Below are positions 1-10,737 of a stretch of DNA of 64,000 nt, one piece after another (the stretch's first letter is position 1; each line of letters begins with the position of its first letter). The notes under the pieces were generated by a model that did no database searches, was not told the origin of the DNA, and worked only from the letters and a program-made list of their open reading frames with translations. The DNA is taken from positions 1,248,001 through 1,312,000 of the forward strand of contig CAXXTH010000017.1 in the NCBI GenBank assembly GCA_963668025.2, given 5' to 3'. Position numbers and translations under genes: made by a program. The DNA is from Candidatus Hydrogenedentota bacterium. GTDB taxonomy: Bacteria > Hydrogenedentota > Hydrogenedentia > Hydrogenedentales > SLHB01.

Positions 1-1
1 G

Positions 2-1307
<1,306 letters not shown>

Positions 1308-1311
<4 letters not shown>

Positions 1312-2087
1312 ACGAAAACGAAAAAAAAGAGATGATTATCCAGGTGCGCGGCTTGCACACCTTCTACGGGGAACGAAAAATCCTCGAGGATGTGTCGTTT
1401 GATGTGAACCGTGGCGAGATCTTCGTCATCATCGGCGGCAGCGGATGCGGCAAGACCACGCTCCTCAAGCATATGGCCGGTCTCTTGCAGCCCTCGGAGG
1501 GGTCCATCCTGCGCGACGGTGAAGACATCGCGCACATGGATGAAGACCAGCTTTCGGCCATCAAGCGGAAAACCGGCATCGCCTTCCAGTCGGGCGCGCT
1601 GTTCAACTCGATGACCGTGGGCGGTAATGTGGCGCTGCCGCTGCGCGAATACGGCCATGTGGACAATGACCTTATCGAGGACATTGTTCGTTTAAAACTC
1701 AGCCTGGTGGGATTGGCCGACGCCGAACATAACTTGCCGGACGAGCTCTCGGGCGGCATGCAGAAACGCGCGGGCCTCGCACGGGCCATCGCCGTGGACC
1801 CGCCTCTGGTATACTTCGATGAGCCTTCGGCGGGCCTCGACCCCATTATGGCCAGCGGATTGGACGACTTGATCTTGCGCCTGCGCGACTTGCTTGGCAT
1901 CACCTTTATCATCGTGACGCACGAACTGGATTCCATTAAGAAAATCGCGGACCGCGTGCTGATGCTCGATAAAGGCAAGACGATCTTTCTCGGGACGCTC
2001 GAAGAGGCCCTAGCCTCGCAAAACGAGCGCGTCCGCCAATTTTTCGAGCGCCGCGCGGATGAGTACATCATGCAGCGAAATATTTGA
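1308..2087 (+). CDS. mlaF: MlaF-family ABC ATPase
   Basis: Walker A GGSGCGKT, LSGGMQKRAGLARA, DEPSAGLDP; lies between mlaE and the MCE gene. Confidence 0.92.
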
Positions 2088-2098
2088 GTTTATATTTT

Positions 2099-2253
2099 AA
2101 CGCGGAGACGCAAAGGACGCAGAGATTCGCAGAGAATAAACAGCAATACAAACAAGGATGGCGCAGTTGTTTTTGTGGAGTGGGGTAATATTTATTTCTT
2201 ATATTTATTAAATCCGGCTCTGCGAAACTCCGCGTTCCCCGCGCCTCTGCGAT
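2099..2253. repeat. Intergenic imperfect inverted repeat pair with ~9-nt periodic arms
   Basis: AACGCGGAGACGCAAAGGACGCAGAGATTCGCAGAG (2099-2134) pairs with CTCTGCGAAACTCCGCGTTCCCCGCGCCTCTGCGAT (2218-2253). Confidence 0.7.
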
Positions 2254-2318
2254 AGAAAAAGCGCGTTTCACGCAAACATACATGCAAAAATGGCCAGTAT
2301 GAATGAAAGGGCACTATA

Positions 2319-3305
2319 GTGGCGACGCCAGCCCAGAAAACCAAAGTAGGCGTGTTTCTCACGCTATGCACGATCTTGATTGCCGGAGGCCTGATCTATG
2401 TGGCGGGATTCCGGGGCAAGGATGAACGGGCGTATACCGTCGTATTCCGCGAGAACGTGCTTGGCTTAAGCCAAGGCAGCGTCGTGCAATATGAAGGCGT
2501 CATCGTCGGCAGTGTGGAAGACATTATAGTTGCTCCTGATCACACCGTTCATGTGAACATTCTGGTGGACCAAGGCAAGGTGAAGCTCTATCCCGGCGTG
2601 AAAGCTGTATTGCAGATTTACAGTCTTGCCGCGGGCACGATGACCGTTGCGCTCTCGGGCGGTGATTCGCCCGGTGACGCGGAAGTGTTGCCCGAAGGTT
2701 CTCTGATTGAAGCGCAGCCGTCTTTGGTTTCCGCGTTCAGTTCGCAAGCCTCCGAGATCATGGATGGCATTCGTGACTTCGTGGACCGGGTAAATATTGG
2801 CCTCGAAGGGATGGAAAAGGGTGAATTAACGAAGGTGATCCGGAACACCGACTCGACGATCGTGGAATTGCGCGCCACGGCGCAGCGCATCCAAACGCTT
2901 GCGGATGATGCATCGAAGCAAATAAACAGTTTGTCGGGCGGCGTGCATGATACGGTGGAGGAGATCAATACATTCGCGCAAAAAGCCACGGAATTGGCGG
3001 GCAATGCCAATGACACGGTGCTGGCGGTGAAATCCAAGATCGAGCCGCTGGATCTCAACAAAACGGTGAATGAATTGCAAGCGGAAATCAATCGCCTGGG
3101 CGCTCAGTTGTCGGAATTGGCGAATTCGATGAATGATGCGACCAAAACCATTGTATCGCAGGGCGATAATGTCCAATACAATAGCGTTGAGACCATGAAG
3201 ACGTTGAACGAGACGCTGGAGGCGGTGCAAGGCCTGGCCCAGTATCTGCACGATAATCCATCGTCCCTTCTGCGGGGCAGGGGAAAATCATCTGAGGAAG
3301 AATGA
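2319..3305 (+). CDS. mlaD: MCE/MlaD-family protein with long helical C-terminus
   Basis: N-terminal TM, GLSQGSVVQYEGVIVGSVEDI MCE motif, C-terminal LHDNPSSLLRG. Confidence 0.9.
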   Translation: MATPAQKTKVGVFLTLCTILIAGGLIYVAGFRGKDERAYTVVFRENVLGLSQGSVVQYEGVIVGSVEDIIVAPDHTVHVNILVDQGKVKLYPGVKAVLQIYSLAAGTMTVALSGGDSPGDAEVLPEGSLIEAQPSLVSAFSSQASEIMDGIRDFVDRVNIGLEGMEKGELTKVIRNTDSTIVELRATAQRIQTLADDASKQINSLSGGVHDTVEEINTFAQKATELAGNANDTVLAVKSKIEPLDLNKTVNELQAEINRLGAQLSELANSMNDATKTIVSQGDNVQYNSVETMKTLNETLEAVQGLAQYLHDNPSSLLRGRGKSSEEE

Positions 3306-3314
3306 GAAACGACT

Positions 3315-3336
3315 GATGGGGCAAGCCCCATCCTAC
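3315..3336 (-). repeat. GTAG-type REP palindrome
   Basis: Minus strand GTAG-GATGGGG-CTTG-CCCCATC; near-identical copy at 4922-4943. Confidence 0.7.
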
Positions 3337-3351
3337 ACCTGGAGAAACGCC

Positions 3352-3930
3352 ATGCGCTATATGGCCATTATGATGTGTTTGTGTGCGGCAGGCTGTTTAT
3401 CGCGCAATGAAACGCCCATTGTCCGGTATGTGCTCGAGCCGCCCATTGTGGTGGCGCAAGCGCCGGGCGATGGCCCTTCCTTGGCGCTTCGGGCGCTGCG
3501 GGTGTCGAATGCCTACCGGGAGAGCGTGGCCATTTACAAACCCGGCCAAGTGCTCGCCAATTCGAGCACGACAAAATGGGCGGAGCCGCCTGCGGCCGCC
3601 ATGGGGCGTGCGCTCGCGGACGCTTTGACGGCCACGGGCCGTTTTTCCGACGTGGGCGCGGCGGAGGCGATTCTCCAGCCTGGCTTGGTATTGACTGGTG
3701 AACTGCGAAAATTTCATCTAGATAAGACGGCCTCGCCATGGACCGCCGTGTGTGAAGCGCGGCTCGAGTTGCGGACGGGCGGCGATTACGAGGTAGTATG
3801 GAGCGGCACTTTGAGCGCCGCCAAGCCGTTGGCCACGGATTCGATGGACGCCTTGCCTATGGCCATGAGCAGCGCCGTGGGCGATGTGGCCAGCCAGGCA
3901 GCCAACGCCATGGCCGCCGCAGTCAAATAA
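3352..3930 (+). CDS. PqiC-like ABC auxiliary lipoprotein
   Basis: Lipobox AAGC, RYVL and WAEPP motifs; follows the MCE gene; GGAG RBS before ATG 3352. Confidence 0.8.
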   Translation: MRYMAIMMCLCAAGCLSRNETPIVRYVLEPPIVVAQAPGDGPSLALRALRVSNAYRESVAIYKPGQVLANSSTTKWAEPPAAAMGRALADALTATGRFSDVGAAEAILQPGLVLTGELRKFHLDKTASPWTAVCEARLELRTGGDYEVVWSGTLSAAKPLATDSMDALPMAMSSAVGDVASQAANAMAAAVK

Positions 3931-3938
3931 TTTCGCGG

Positions 3939-4835
3939 TTACAGCCGTTCGGCAAGGGCCTCGAGTGAATCCGCCACGCCTTCCATGGGTGGCATGCCGG
4001 AGCTTGTGGCAAAGCCAGTAAATCCCAGCGCCGTAAAGGCGCTGATGACATCTCTCGGGTGTTCGCTCCCTAATTCGAGCGGAACCACTACAGCATTGCA
4101 GCCCTTGCGGCGGAGCTGGACGTTGATATGCGCCAATTCTTCTAAGGGCGCGGGTGCGGGCGCAAGATAACCGCCCACGCGCGTTTCGGCATCTATTTCA
4201 TCCACTCGATACGTCCCGTGCAACACCTCGATAGACACTTGCCCCGGCGCGGTCTCGCGTCCTGGCTCGCCCAAGCTGGCGAAGGTTAGGTACGCGCCAT
4301 ATTTGAAGGCGAGAATACGGCTCACGATTCCCGGCGCGCCCATGGCCAGCGAAATAGCGGGCGTATCCGCGCTTTGCAGCGCGCGCAGCGCCATGGCGGC
4401 ATCAAGAATCGTGGACGCCATGCCCACGGCCTTGGCGATGTCCGCCCCAGCCACGCGGCAACGATACAGGGCTTGGGCCAAATCGGGCATTCGCGTAAAA
4501 TCGTGGTGCGACAAAATGAGTTTTGCATTTCCTAAGGCGCGCCGGTCGAGACGTTCGATGGCGGCAAGTTCGCAATCAATGTGTTCGGCGCCTTCCGCCG
4601 CCGCCTCGATAAGTGCGCCCAGCCGCGCGGATTCATCGCCATCGCAGCGGCCGCCCTCCCATACGGGCCGGTTAGTCACGATGACCGGGCATGGCTTATC
4701 GTGCAGCAATGCATGGAGATTGCACTCGCGCATGCCGTCGATGCGCAATTCGACCAGGCCCACCTTGCCCGCATAGGCTTCAAGCGTGCGCCGCGCCTCA
4801 CCGGTCGTTTTCGCCGCCAGCGCTAGAGCGATCAT
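3939..4835 (-). CDS. aroD: Type I 3-dehydroquinate dehydratase with a C-terminal degenerate shikimate-dehydrogenase-like extension
   Basis: VELRID, TNRPVWEGG, LSHHDF, DIAKAV, AMGAPGIVSR, TAPGQ motifs. Confidence 0.88.
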   Translation of the reverse strand: MIALALAAKTTGEARRTLEAYAGKVGLVELRIDGMRECNLHALLHDKPCPVIVTNRPVWEGGRCDGDESARLGALIEAAAEGAEHIDCELAAIERLDRRALGNAKLILSHHDFTRMPDLAQALYRCRVAGADIAKAVGMASTILDAAMALRALQSADTPAISLAMGAPGIVSRILAFKYGAYLTFASLGEPGRETAPGQVSIEVLHGTYRVDEIDAETRVGGYLAPAPAPLEELAHINVQLRRKGCNAVVVPLELGSEHPRDVISAFTALGFTGFATSSGMPPMEGVADSLEALAERL

Positions 4836-4896
4836 CGTTTTATGTCTGGTTGCCACTATCGAATAAACCTCGTGTATATCACCATCAACAACGGGC

Positions 4897-5074
4897 TTAA
4901 CAACTAAATACACTAAAATATGTAGGGTGGGGCTTGCCCCACCTTATAACTATCTAAAACCTGAAGATATTTGGATCCGCAGATGACACAGACGATCAAT
5001 TAATAACAACGTTACCAGAGTCATAAAGTATTTGGTGTAATATTTTAGTGTATTTAGTGTATTTAGTGGTCTAA
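4897..5074. repeat. Inverted repeat pair (9-nt periodic ACTAAATAC arms) enclosing a GTAG REP at 4922-4943
   Basis: ACAACTAAATACACTAAAATA vs TATTTTAGTGTATTTAGTGTATTTAGTGGT; GTAGGGTGGGGCTTGCCCCACC. Confidence 0.7.
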
Positions 5075-5124
5075 ATCCGGCTCTTTGGTTGTTGCTCCGC
5101 CGTGCTAGGCATTTTGTGGTCTAT

Positions 5125-6168
5125 TCAAGAACGATTACGGAATTCTCCCAGTTTATCCGCGATTTCGATGGCTTCCTCCCGCGTGGCGGCTGGCGCTGGG
5201 ATCACCACGCGGCAACCGGGTGGATATTGGCCTGGCCATGTCCATGCCGGGCCGGTTTCACGGGACTTGGCGTGCATATGCAGTACTTCGCCGCCGAAGA
5301 AATCGTAGGTTTCCCAGGGATCCATCTTCGGGCCGACGAAGTTGAGCACACGCAAATTTGGGAGGGCGCGGAAACTCTCCCATTGGTGGCGCGCGCCCGC
5401 GCAACAATGGATGCCGATCTGCCCATAGCGTTTCGACAGCGCCGCCAGTTCAGGCAAGAAAAACGTTTCGAAAGTCTCGGAATTGACCGAGCCAATCTCA
5501 TCTTCCGAAAGGGTCACCCCATATGGCATGTAGTAGTCTGGATAATGGGCGATGAAGGCCTGGCCATAACGGCCGAACCATTCATCAAGAAAGGCGCACA
5601 AGAATTCGCCCACCTTCGCGGCCAGTTCGAGCACAACCTCGGGCGTTTCCATCAAGGCGGCATAAAAACTGCTCTTTTCCCAGATCAGCGCGGCGATGTC
5701 CATGGGGCTTTGGATATCCACGAGGCGTACAAGAGCTTCTCCGCCCGCACGGGCCTGCAACTCATCCGCCATGTCGAACAGATAAGTCAGAGAGCAAGAG
5801 GATATGTTCGGCACGCGTAGTTTTGCTATTTGGGAAGCCGAATGTATCAGCGGTTTCGCGGCGGGCAAGTCGAAATCGGGGCGGTACACGCCGCATCCGA
5901 ACGCCTCGGCGAAGATCTCCGTGCCGGTGGTCATGTCGAGATACGGCAGGGCGTCGTCGTGCAACCACTTCATGCGCTCAAGCTGTAGCTGGTACTTGTT
6001 CCATACCCACTCGATTCGCTCCGCCCGGTATTCCGGCCACAGCGGCGGGCGTTCGGACATCTCTGGAGTATATTGGACCAAATAAAGAAATCCCGGAAGC
6101 GCATCCGGATCTTGGATCCGCGTCCAGCGTTGAAGCCGCTCCGTATAGGTATCTCCCCGCATAGCCAC
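5125..6168 (-). CDS. Uroporphyrinogen decarboxylase / MtaA-like methyltransferase family protein
   Basis: DIQSPMDIAALIW, SEDEIG..NSETFETFFLPEL, IHCC motifs. Confidence 0.7.
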   Translation of the reverse strand: MAMRGDTYTERLQRWTRIQDPDALPGFLYLVQYTPEMSERPPLWPEYRAERIEWVWNKYQLQLERMKWLHDDALPYLDMTTGTEIFAEAFGCGVYRPDFDLPAAKPLIHSASQIAKLRVPNISSCSLTYLFDMADELQARAGGEALVRLVDIQSPMDIAALIWEKSSFYAALMETPEVVLELAAKVGEFLCAFLDEWFGRYGQAFIAHYPDYYMPYGVTLSEDEIGSVNSETFETFFLPELAALSKRYGQIGIHCCAGARHQWESFRALPNLRVLNFVGPKMDPWETYDFFGGEVLHMHAKSRETGPAWTWPGQYPPGCRVVIPAPAATREEAIEIADKLGEFRNRS

Positions 6169-6307
6169 CCCCTTCCGCGTTCCATCGATTCTCGACGGAT
6201 TATATGAAACACAAGAAGACTATACCAGATAGCATGCACTGAGAATCGCATATCAATCAAGAGCATCGGGGGTAATCAGCATCGCCGCTGTTCTTGATGC
6301 ATATGAG

Positions 6308-6338
6308 AAACGAGGAGTCCATTCAGACTCCTCGCTTT
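6308..6338 (-). terminator. Intrinsic terminator ending the phage-like operon
   Basis: 9-bp stem CGAGGAGTC/GACTCCTCG with short T-tracts on both sides, ~20 nt after the holin stop. Confidence 0.65.
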
Positions 6339-6356
6339 CAGAAATTTGCAATTGCT

Positions 6357-6725
6357 TCAGGCGTTCTTCAGCTTGCTCACCAGCCGTGTGATCCATAGGT
6401 CGATATACGAATCGCCCAGCTCTTTCAAGACATCCACGCCCGCCGTGCGGCCATATTCGACAGCCGTTTGGCGCGCCATGCTCCGGGCCTGCTCACGCTC
6501 CTGCGCCGTCAGCTTTCCGTCCTCACGCGCTTGTTTCAATTGCTGCACATAGGTGCGGTAGGTGGCGTCCACCGCAGCTTCAACGGCTTCGACCGCTGTA
6601 TAGTAGCGTTGTTTTTTCACGCGGGCGAACCAGTCGCCCGTCTTGAACATAGCCCACAATCCCCCGACCAAACTGCCCACTGCAGCCACCACTTGGTCCG
6701 CTTGAATCACTTCCGCCAGCACCAT
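6357..6725 (-). CDS. Holin-like protein (LL-H type)
   Basis: Single N-terminal TM then TYRTYVQQLKQAREDGKLTAQERE; last gene after the endolysin. Confidence 0.6.
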   Translation of the reverse strand: MVLAEVIQADQVVAAVGSLVGGLWAMFKTGDWFARVKKQRYYTAVEAVEAAVDATYRTYVQQLKQAREDGKLTAQEREQARSMARQTAVEYGRTAGVDVLKELGDSYIDLWITRLVSKLKNA

Positions 6726-6742
6726 CCGCCTTGCTCCTTTCG

Positions 6743-7237
6743 TTATTGTCCCCGTTCCCGGTTGTCCGCATGCACATGCCCGTCCCGGTAATCATCCTTC
6801 ACCCAATCGAAATGCCGCCTACACGCCGCCCCCAACACCTGCTGGGGAATACGCACCCGGCCGCGCACCCGCACAGCCGCCAAATCCACCGCAATGCCGC
6901 CGAACCGCGCCAAATGCTTCGACTGCCGCGCCACCGCGCCGCCTTCATCCGCCCAGCCCAAACGCCGCGCCAGGCGCTCGAGATCCGCCTGTGTCCGCAT
7001 GGCGTCCGTTACCACGAGCCAGACTTCTTCGCCCGCCGCCGCGCACAGTTCCCTCCGCACCCGTTCGAGAGACTCGATGACGCTCCGGTGGACCATGCAC
7101 AACCCTTCGCCGTTCTCGAATTCCTTCAGCCGGAAATGCGCCAGCGCTTCGCCGTCCACGTCCACCAACAGGCGCAGGTCATTACGCCCTTTATACGAAT
7201 TCCCGCTTGTCGATGATGTATCCATTGGTTCCGTCAT
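6743..7237 (-). CDS. Peptidase M15-family zinc peptidoglycan hydrolase (endolysin); true start may be slightly downstream
   Basis: HFRLKEF, VVTDAMRT, SKHL..GGIAVDL, HVHAD zinc-binding motifs. Confidence 0.8.
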   Translation of the reverse strand: MTEPMDTSSTSGNSYKGRNDLRLLVDVDGEALAHFRLKEFENGEGLCMVHRSVIESLERVRRELCAAAGEEVWLVVTDAMRTQADLERLARRLGWADEGGAVARQSKHLARFGGIAVDLAAVRVRGRVRIPQQVLGAACRRHFDWVKDDYRDGHVHADNRERGQ

Positions 7238-7712
7238 CCGTTTGGTTAATGGCCGACATGCCCAGCCGTAAAAATAGGTGCGCCAATGGAATGCAGTCCG
7301 TGTCAGGCGTTGGCGCGGATGGAGAGGCCGACTCCGTTCCAGTTTTTACACTGACATCCCACGTTCCCAGCCTGGCCTGCACCAGATCGAGCCGCACGCC
7401 AGTCAATGGTTCCGGTACGGCAGGCGTCTGCACGGATACATCCAAGTGGTATGGCAGATGGGAAATGAACGCCCAACCCGGCTGCACCATTACCGACATT
7501 CCCGGCGTAGCGCTAGGTATAACCTGCAAATCCGATTCCGCCGCCCCGCGTATCACGCCGTCGCCGCCGCCCCATGCCAAATTCAACAAATAACATACCC
7601 GTTCAAGCGCCGCCTCGATGCGGTCATCCCACAAGTTCAATTTCGCCGACGACACGGGCCGTTCCTGAAATGCCCACGCCGTCTTGATGTACGCTTGCCC
7701 CTTAATCGCCAT
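7191..7712 (-). CDS. Phage baseplate / minor tail structural protein
   Basis: N-terminal KTAW....SSAKLNLWDDRIE fibre-attachment-like motif; GMSVMVQPGWAFI, RLDLVQARL, KTGTESASPSAP, IPLA motifs. Confidence 0.6.
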   Translation of the reverse strand: MAIKGQAYIKTAWAFQERPVSSAKLNLWDDRIEAALERVCYLLNLAWGGGDGVIRGAAESDLQVIPSATPGMSVMVQPGWAFISHLPYHLDVSVQTPAVPEPLTGVRLDLVQARLGTWDVSVKTGTESASPSAPTPDTDCIPLAHLFLRLGMSAINQTDDGTNGYIIDKREFV

Positions 7713-7741
7713 CTTGCCCTCCATGCCGTCCCGGCAGGCGT

Positions 7742-9475
7742 TCATGCATCTAAATGCAGCCCCGCATCCAGCGTTATCGCTTCTTCATCGAGTGAAAACG
7801 CGCTCAGATAATCGGCTCCCGGTTGATTCGCTTGCAGGAATCCCAGCGGTTCCGCCACCGAACGCAACGGAGAGGCCAGTTCCGCTACCGTCTGCACCGA
7901 ACGCCCAGACAAACGATGGGATACCCGCGCCACCCGGCCCGCCAGCCTCCCTGCGAACCGGCTTCCCCATTCGCCGTCCAAGGGCGCATCCAGCCGCTTC
8001 AATGTGCTTCCACGCACTTCAATGATATCGCCCGCATCAAGGTGGGCATCCCCAGCGTAAAATTCGATGGTTCCCACACACCCCGGATACGCCACATCAT
8101 CCAGCAGCCCCGCCGCCAGCCGGTCCGCATCCTCTTCAAGCCGTAATGCGGACACTTCCAGGCTAGATGCATGCGCACCCAGCAGCGCCACGCTCTCCGC
8201 GCGCACATACGTTTTTCGCAGCGCCCCACCCACGGGATCGCTCGACAACACCAGCTCATTCACGATCCCTTCCGAGGAGGCCCCCAGTTCAACGCCCGTC
8301 CGCGTACGGTTCGCAAATGCCACACGCTTTACCTGCGCCGGACCGAACGACACGGCCCCGTCCACATCCAGGCTCCATACATGGCCGCCCGCCGCGTAGG
8401 CGAGCAGCGCCAGCAATCCGAATAATCCGCCGTCATAATCCAGACGTCCCAGCACGGTTGCCGCACCCGATACCGAATCCGTGTTTGCCGTGCGATACGA
8501 CAGAAAATCCTTCAGCGCCATCTCCGGCTTGAGCAGCGCGCCATTTTCCGGCAATTCCACATCCGCCGCGCCTTGCTCCACCATCGCCGCGTTCACGCAT
8601 TCTCCGCCGCCATACGCCAGGCCCACATACCGGCCCGCCGCATCCATCCGGAAGTCATATGCTCCCCGCGCGTTCCGGTGCGGGTTCAGTTCGACGTAAT
8701 CCACGCCCTTTTCATCGAGCCAGGCTTGCAGCGCCTCTTTCGCCGTTTTAGCATTCAAGGCATATCCGCTTGCCGCATACCGCGCCGCCGTCCATTCCTC
8801 CGTCTCCGGATGGCGCGCCACGGCTTCCGCATCGAGCGCCAGAGATTCACAGTCCAACATGAGCAACCGCAAATCTGGCCACGCCACGCCGTCCACTACA
8901 AGGCCCGCGATGGTGCGCCCATCTTTCGCATAGGCCCCGCTGGCATCCACGCGCACCCCGCCCGCCCATTGGCCTGAAGCAATGCCGCCCACTGCCAATG
9001 CATTTCCGTCTGTCTTGCGCGTCAGAAACTTTTGATACTCCCGCCGCGCCCCATCGGGATACGCCTCATGCGCCACGTTGTAATGGATGGGGCTTATCGC
9101 GCGCTGAATGGCGTCCTTCACGATGGCCCCCACGGTCCGGTTCTGGTAGAGCTGCGAAAGGGCCACATCCGCGAACCGCGCTTCCGTCTCGAACGCCACC
9201 AGTTCATGGAATCGCACATATCGGTCCAGGATTAGCTTCTTCGTGTCGCTCCATCGCGCCGACGCCTGGGTGACGTACCCAACGCAGGCCTTCCGGCCTT
9301 CGAGCCACAACTCGACCCGGTAGCCTGGCCCCAGCGTATCGATGGACACGGGCAGTAATCCCGCGATATGGTCCGCTTGCCCGGCCCATGCCCGTTCCGC
9401 GTCGAGGAGCGGCGCTTCGTGAAACCGCGCCACGCGCCGCCCCCACGTGTCATACACATCAATCCGGTAATCCAC
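7742..9475 (-). CDS. Tail hub / Tal-like baseplate protein
   Basis: YRIDVYDTWGRRVA start, YQNRTVGAIVKD, GHVWSLDVDGAVSF, GIVNELVL, AGDIIEV..RVARVSHRL; follows the Dit-like gene; GTG start 9475 inferred. Confidence 0.6.
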   Translation of the reverse strand: MDYRIDVYDTWGRRVARFHEAPLLDAERAWAGQADHIAGLLPVSIDTLGPGYRVELWLEGRKACVGYVTQASARWSDTKKLILDRYVRFHELVAFETEARFADVALSQLYQNRTVGAIVKDAIQRAISPIHYNVAHEAYPDGARREYQKFLTRKTDGNALAVGGIASGQWAGGVRVDASGAYAKDGRTIAGLVVDGVAWPDLRLLMLDCESLALDAEAVARHPETEEWTAARYAASGYALNAKTAKEALQAWLDEKGVDYVELNPHRNARGAYDFRMDAAGRYVGLAYGGGECVNAAMVEQGAADVELPENGALLKPEMALKDFLSYRTANTDSVSGAATVLGRLDYDGGLFGLLALLAYAAGGHVWSLDVDGAVSFGPAQVKRVAFANRTRTGVELGASSEGIVNELVLSSDPVGGALRKTYVRAESVALLGAHASSLEVSALRLEEDADRLAAGLLDDVAYPGCVGTIEFYAGDAHLDAGDIIEVRGSTLKRLDAPLDGEWGSRFAGRLAGRVARVSHRLSGRSVQTVAELASPLRSVAEPLGFLQANQPGADYLSAFSLDEEAITLDAGLHLDA

Positions 9476-9494
9476 CGCACACCCCGCTGTCCGT

Positions 9495-10172
9495 TCACCA
9501 CCACCGGTCCCGGAACGCCACCGTGACATCCGCCGCATGTGAGCCTCCCGGCCCATCCGCATACGCCAGCGCCGTTCCGCTTGGCGCAATCACGGGAAAC
9601 AGGCCCGAGGTATACGGCGTCACGTCCACGCCTTCCAGCGTGGCCCGTTCCGCCACGCCGTCCAACACGAGCGACTGCCCATCCGCCACCGTGCCCGCAT
9701 ACGCAATCGTCCGCACGCCATCGCTGAACGAAGGATTTTTCACCGTTCCTACCGCCACAAGCGTGATCACGACGGGTGAATTCATATTGCCTTGCGCGTT
9801 CAATGTCCGTATGGCGCTTGCGGTGCGTATTTGCCATGCCGTGGCCCGCTCCACCTCTGACTCCTCGAAAGGCTCCCGCGCCGACAATTGCAGCGTAAAC
9901 GAAGCCGCCAGTGGTTGCGCCGACACTTCCCGTGTGAATCCCGCGCGCCGCACCCACATCCGCCGTCCGTCACGTAGCGACAACGCCGCCGAATAGTCTT
10001 CCGCCGAAGCCACGTTCACGATGGCGTCCAATTGGGCTTCCGCGTCCGCCACATTCACGAGAAGGCCCTGAATCTCGATGGACCGTTCATCCCGGCCGCC
10101 CACCTCTTCGAGCTTCTCCTGCGCATGAGTGTGCAGTGGGTCCAGCGCCAGCGCCCCCAGCGTGATCCCCAT
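9495..10172 (-). CDS. Distal tail (Dit-like) protein
   Basis: FTLQLSAREPFEES, NAQGNMNSPVVITL, DGQSLVLDG, FPVIAPSG, VAFRDRWW match the siphophage Dit pattern. Confidence 0.7.
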   Translation of the reverse strand: MGITLGALALDPLHTHAQEKLEEVGGRDERSIEIQGLLVNVADAEAQLDAIVNVASAEDYSAALSLRDGRRMWVRRAGFTREVSAQPLAASFTLQLSAREPFEESEVERATAWQIRTASAIRTLNAQGNMNSPVVITLVAVGTVKNPSFSDGVRTIAYAGTVADGQSLVLDGVAERATLEGVDVTPYTSGLFPVIAPSGTALAYADGPGGSHAADVTVAFRDRWW

Positions 10173-10175
10173 CGC

Positions 10176-10592
10176 CTACGCCTCCCTCAGCACGGACTGT
10201 GTATCCGTCACGTCCGCCACGGCCCGCGCGGGACGTTCCGCGCCCGCCGGTTCCAGTAAATACCACGCCTGGTCTTCGAGCCACGCCGCCATGGTCATCA
10301 GCGCCTGGAACCGGTTCCCGTCCGACACCACGTTCGATCCCAGCGACACCTGTTTCACGTCAAACGCATCTTTGGCCGCCAGCGCGCCATACAGCCGCGC
10401 CCCCGCCAGCAGCGTCTCACCCGCCACGAGCCCCTTATCCGGCGGGTCTATTTCCGCATCCGGGTCCAGCCTCCTCAACACCTCGCCGTGTGCTTCCTCA
10501 ATCACTTGTTCGATCAGTTCCGATGGAACGCGCGCCGCATCCCCAAGCTGGAACCGCTCCCGCACCAGCGCCTCAGTCGTAAACGCCGCCAT
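10176..10592 (-). CDS. Head-tail adaptor/connector-like protein
   Basis: 138-aa helical protein starting FTTEALVR..IEQVIEEAHGEV, first virion gene after the capsid gene. Confidence 0.55.
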   Translation of the reverse strand: MAAFTTEALVRERFQLGDAARVPSELIEQVIEEAHGEVLRRLDPDAEIDPPDKGLVAGETLLAGARLYGALAAKDAFDVKQVSLGSNVVSDGNRFQALMTMAAWLEDQAWYLLEPAGAERPARAVADVTDTQSVLREA

Positions 10593-10621
10593 CGCATCAC
10601 CCCCGTCAATTATTTTTCATG

Positions 10622-10737
10622 GGCATCTGGGGAACCCTTTCTTTCGTAGAAAGGGTTCCCCAGCCCCCCTCCTAAAAAACTTCAATTCCGCTTCGCGTGC
10701 GAAGCACAACTAAAAGTTTTTGGAGAGGGGTCCGGGG
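10622..10737. repeat. Inverted pair of REP-like GGGGAA-hairpin elements; the right copy is split by the IS and continues at 12084-12123
   Basis: Perfect 16-bp stem CTGGGGAACCCTTTCT/AGAAAGGGTTCCCCAG; homologous to 40089-40161. Confidence 0.75.
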
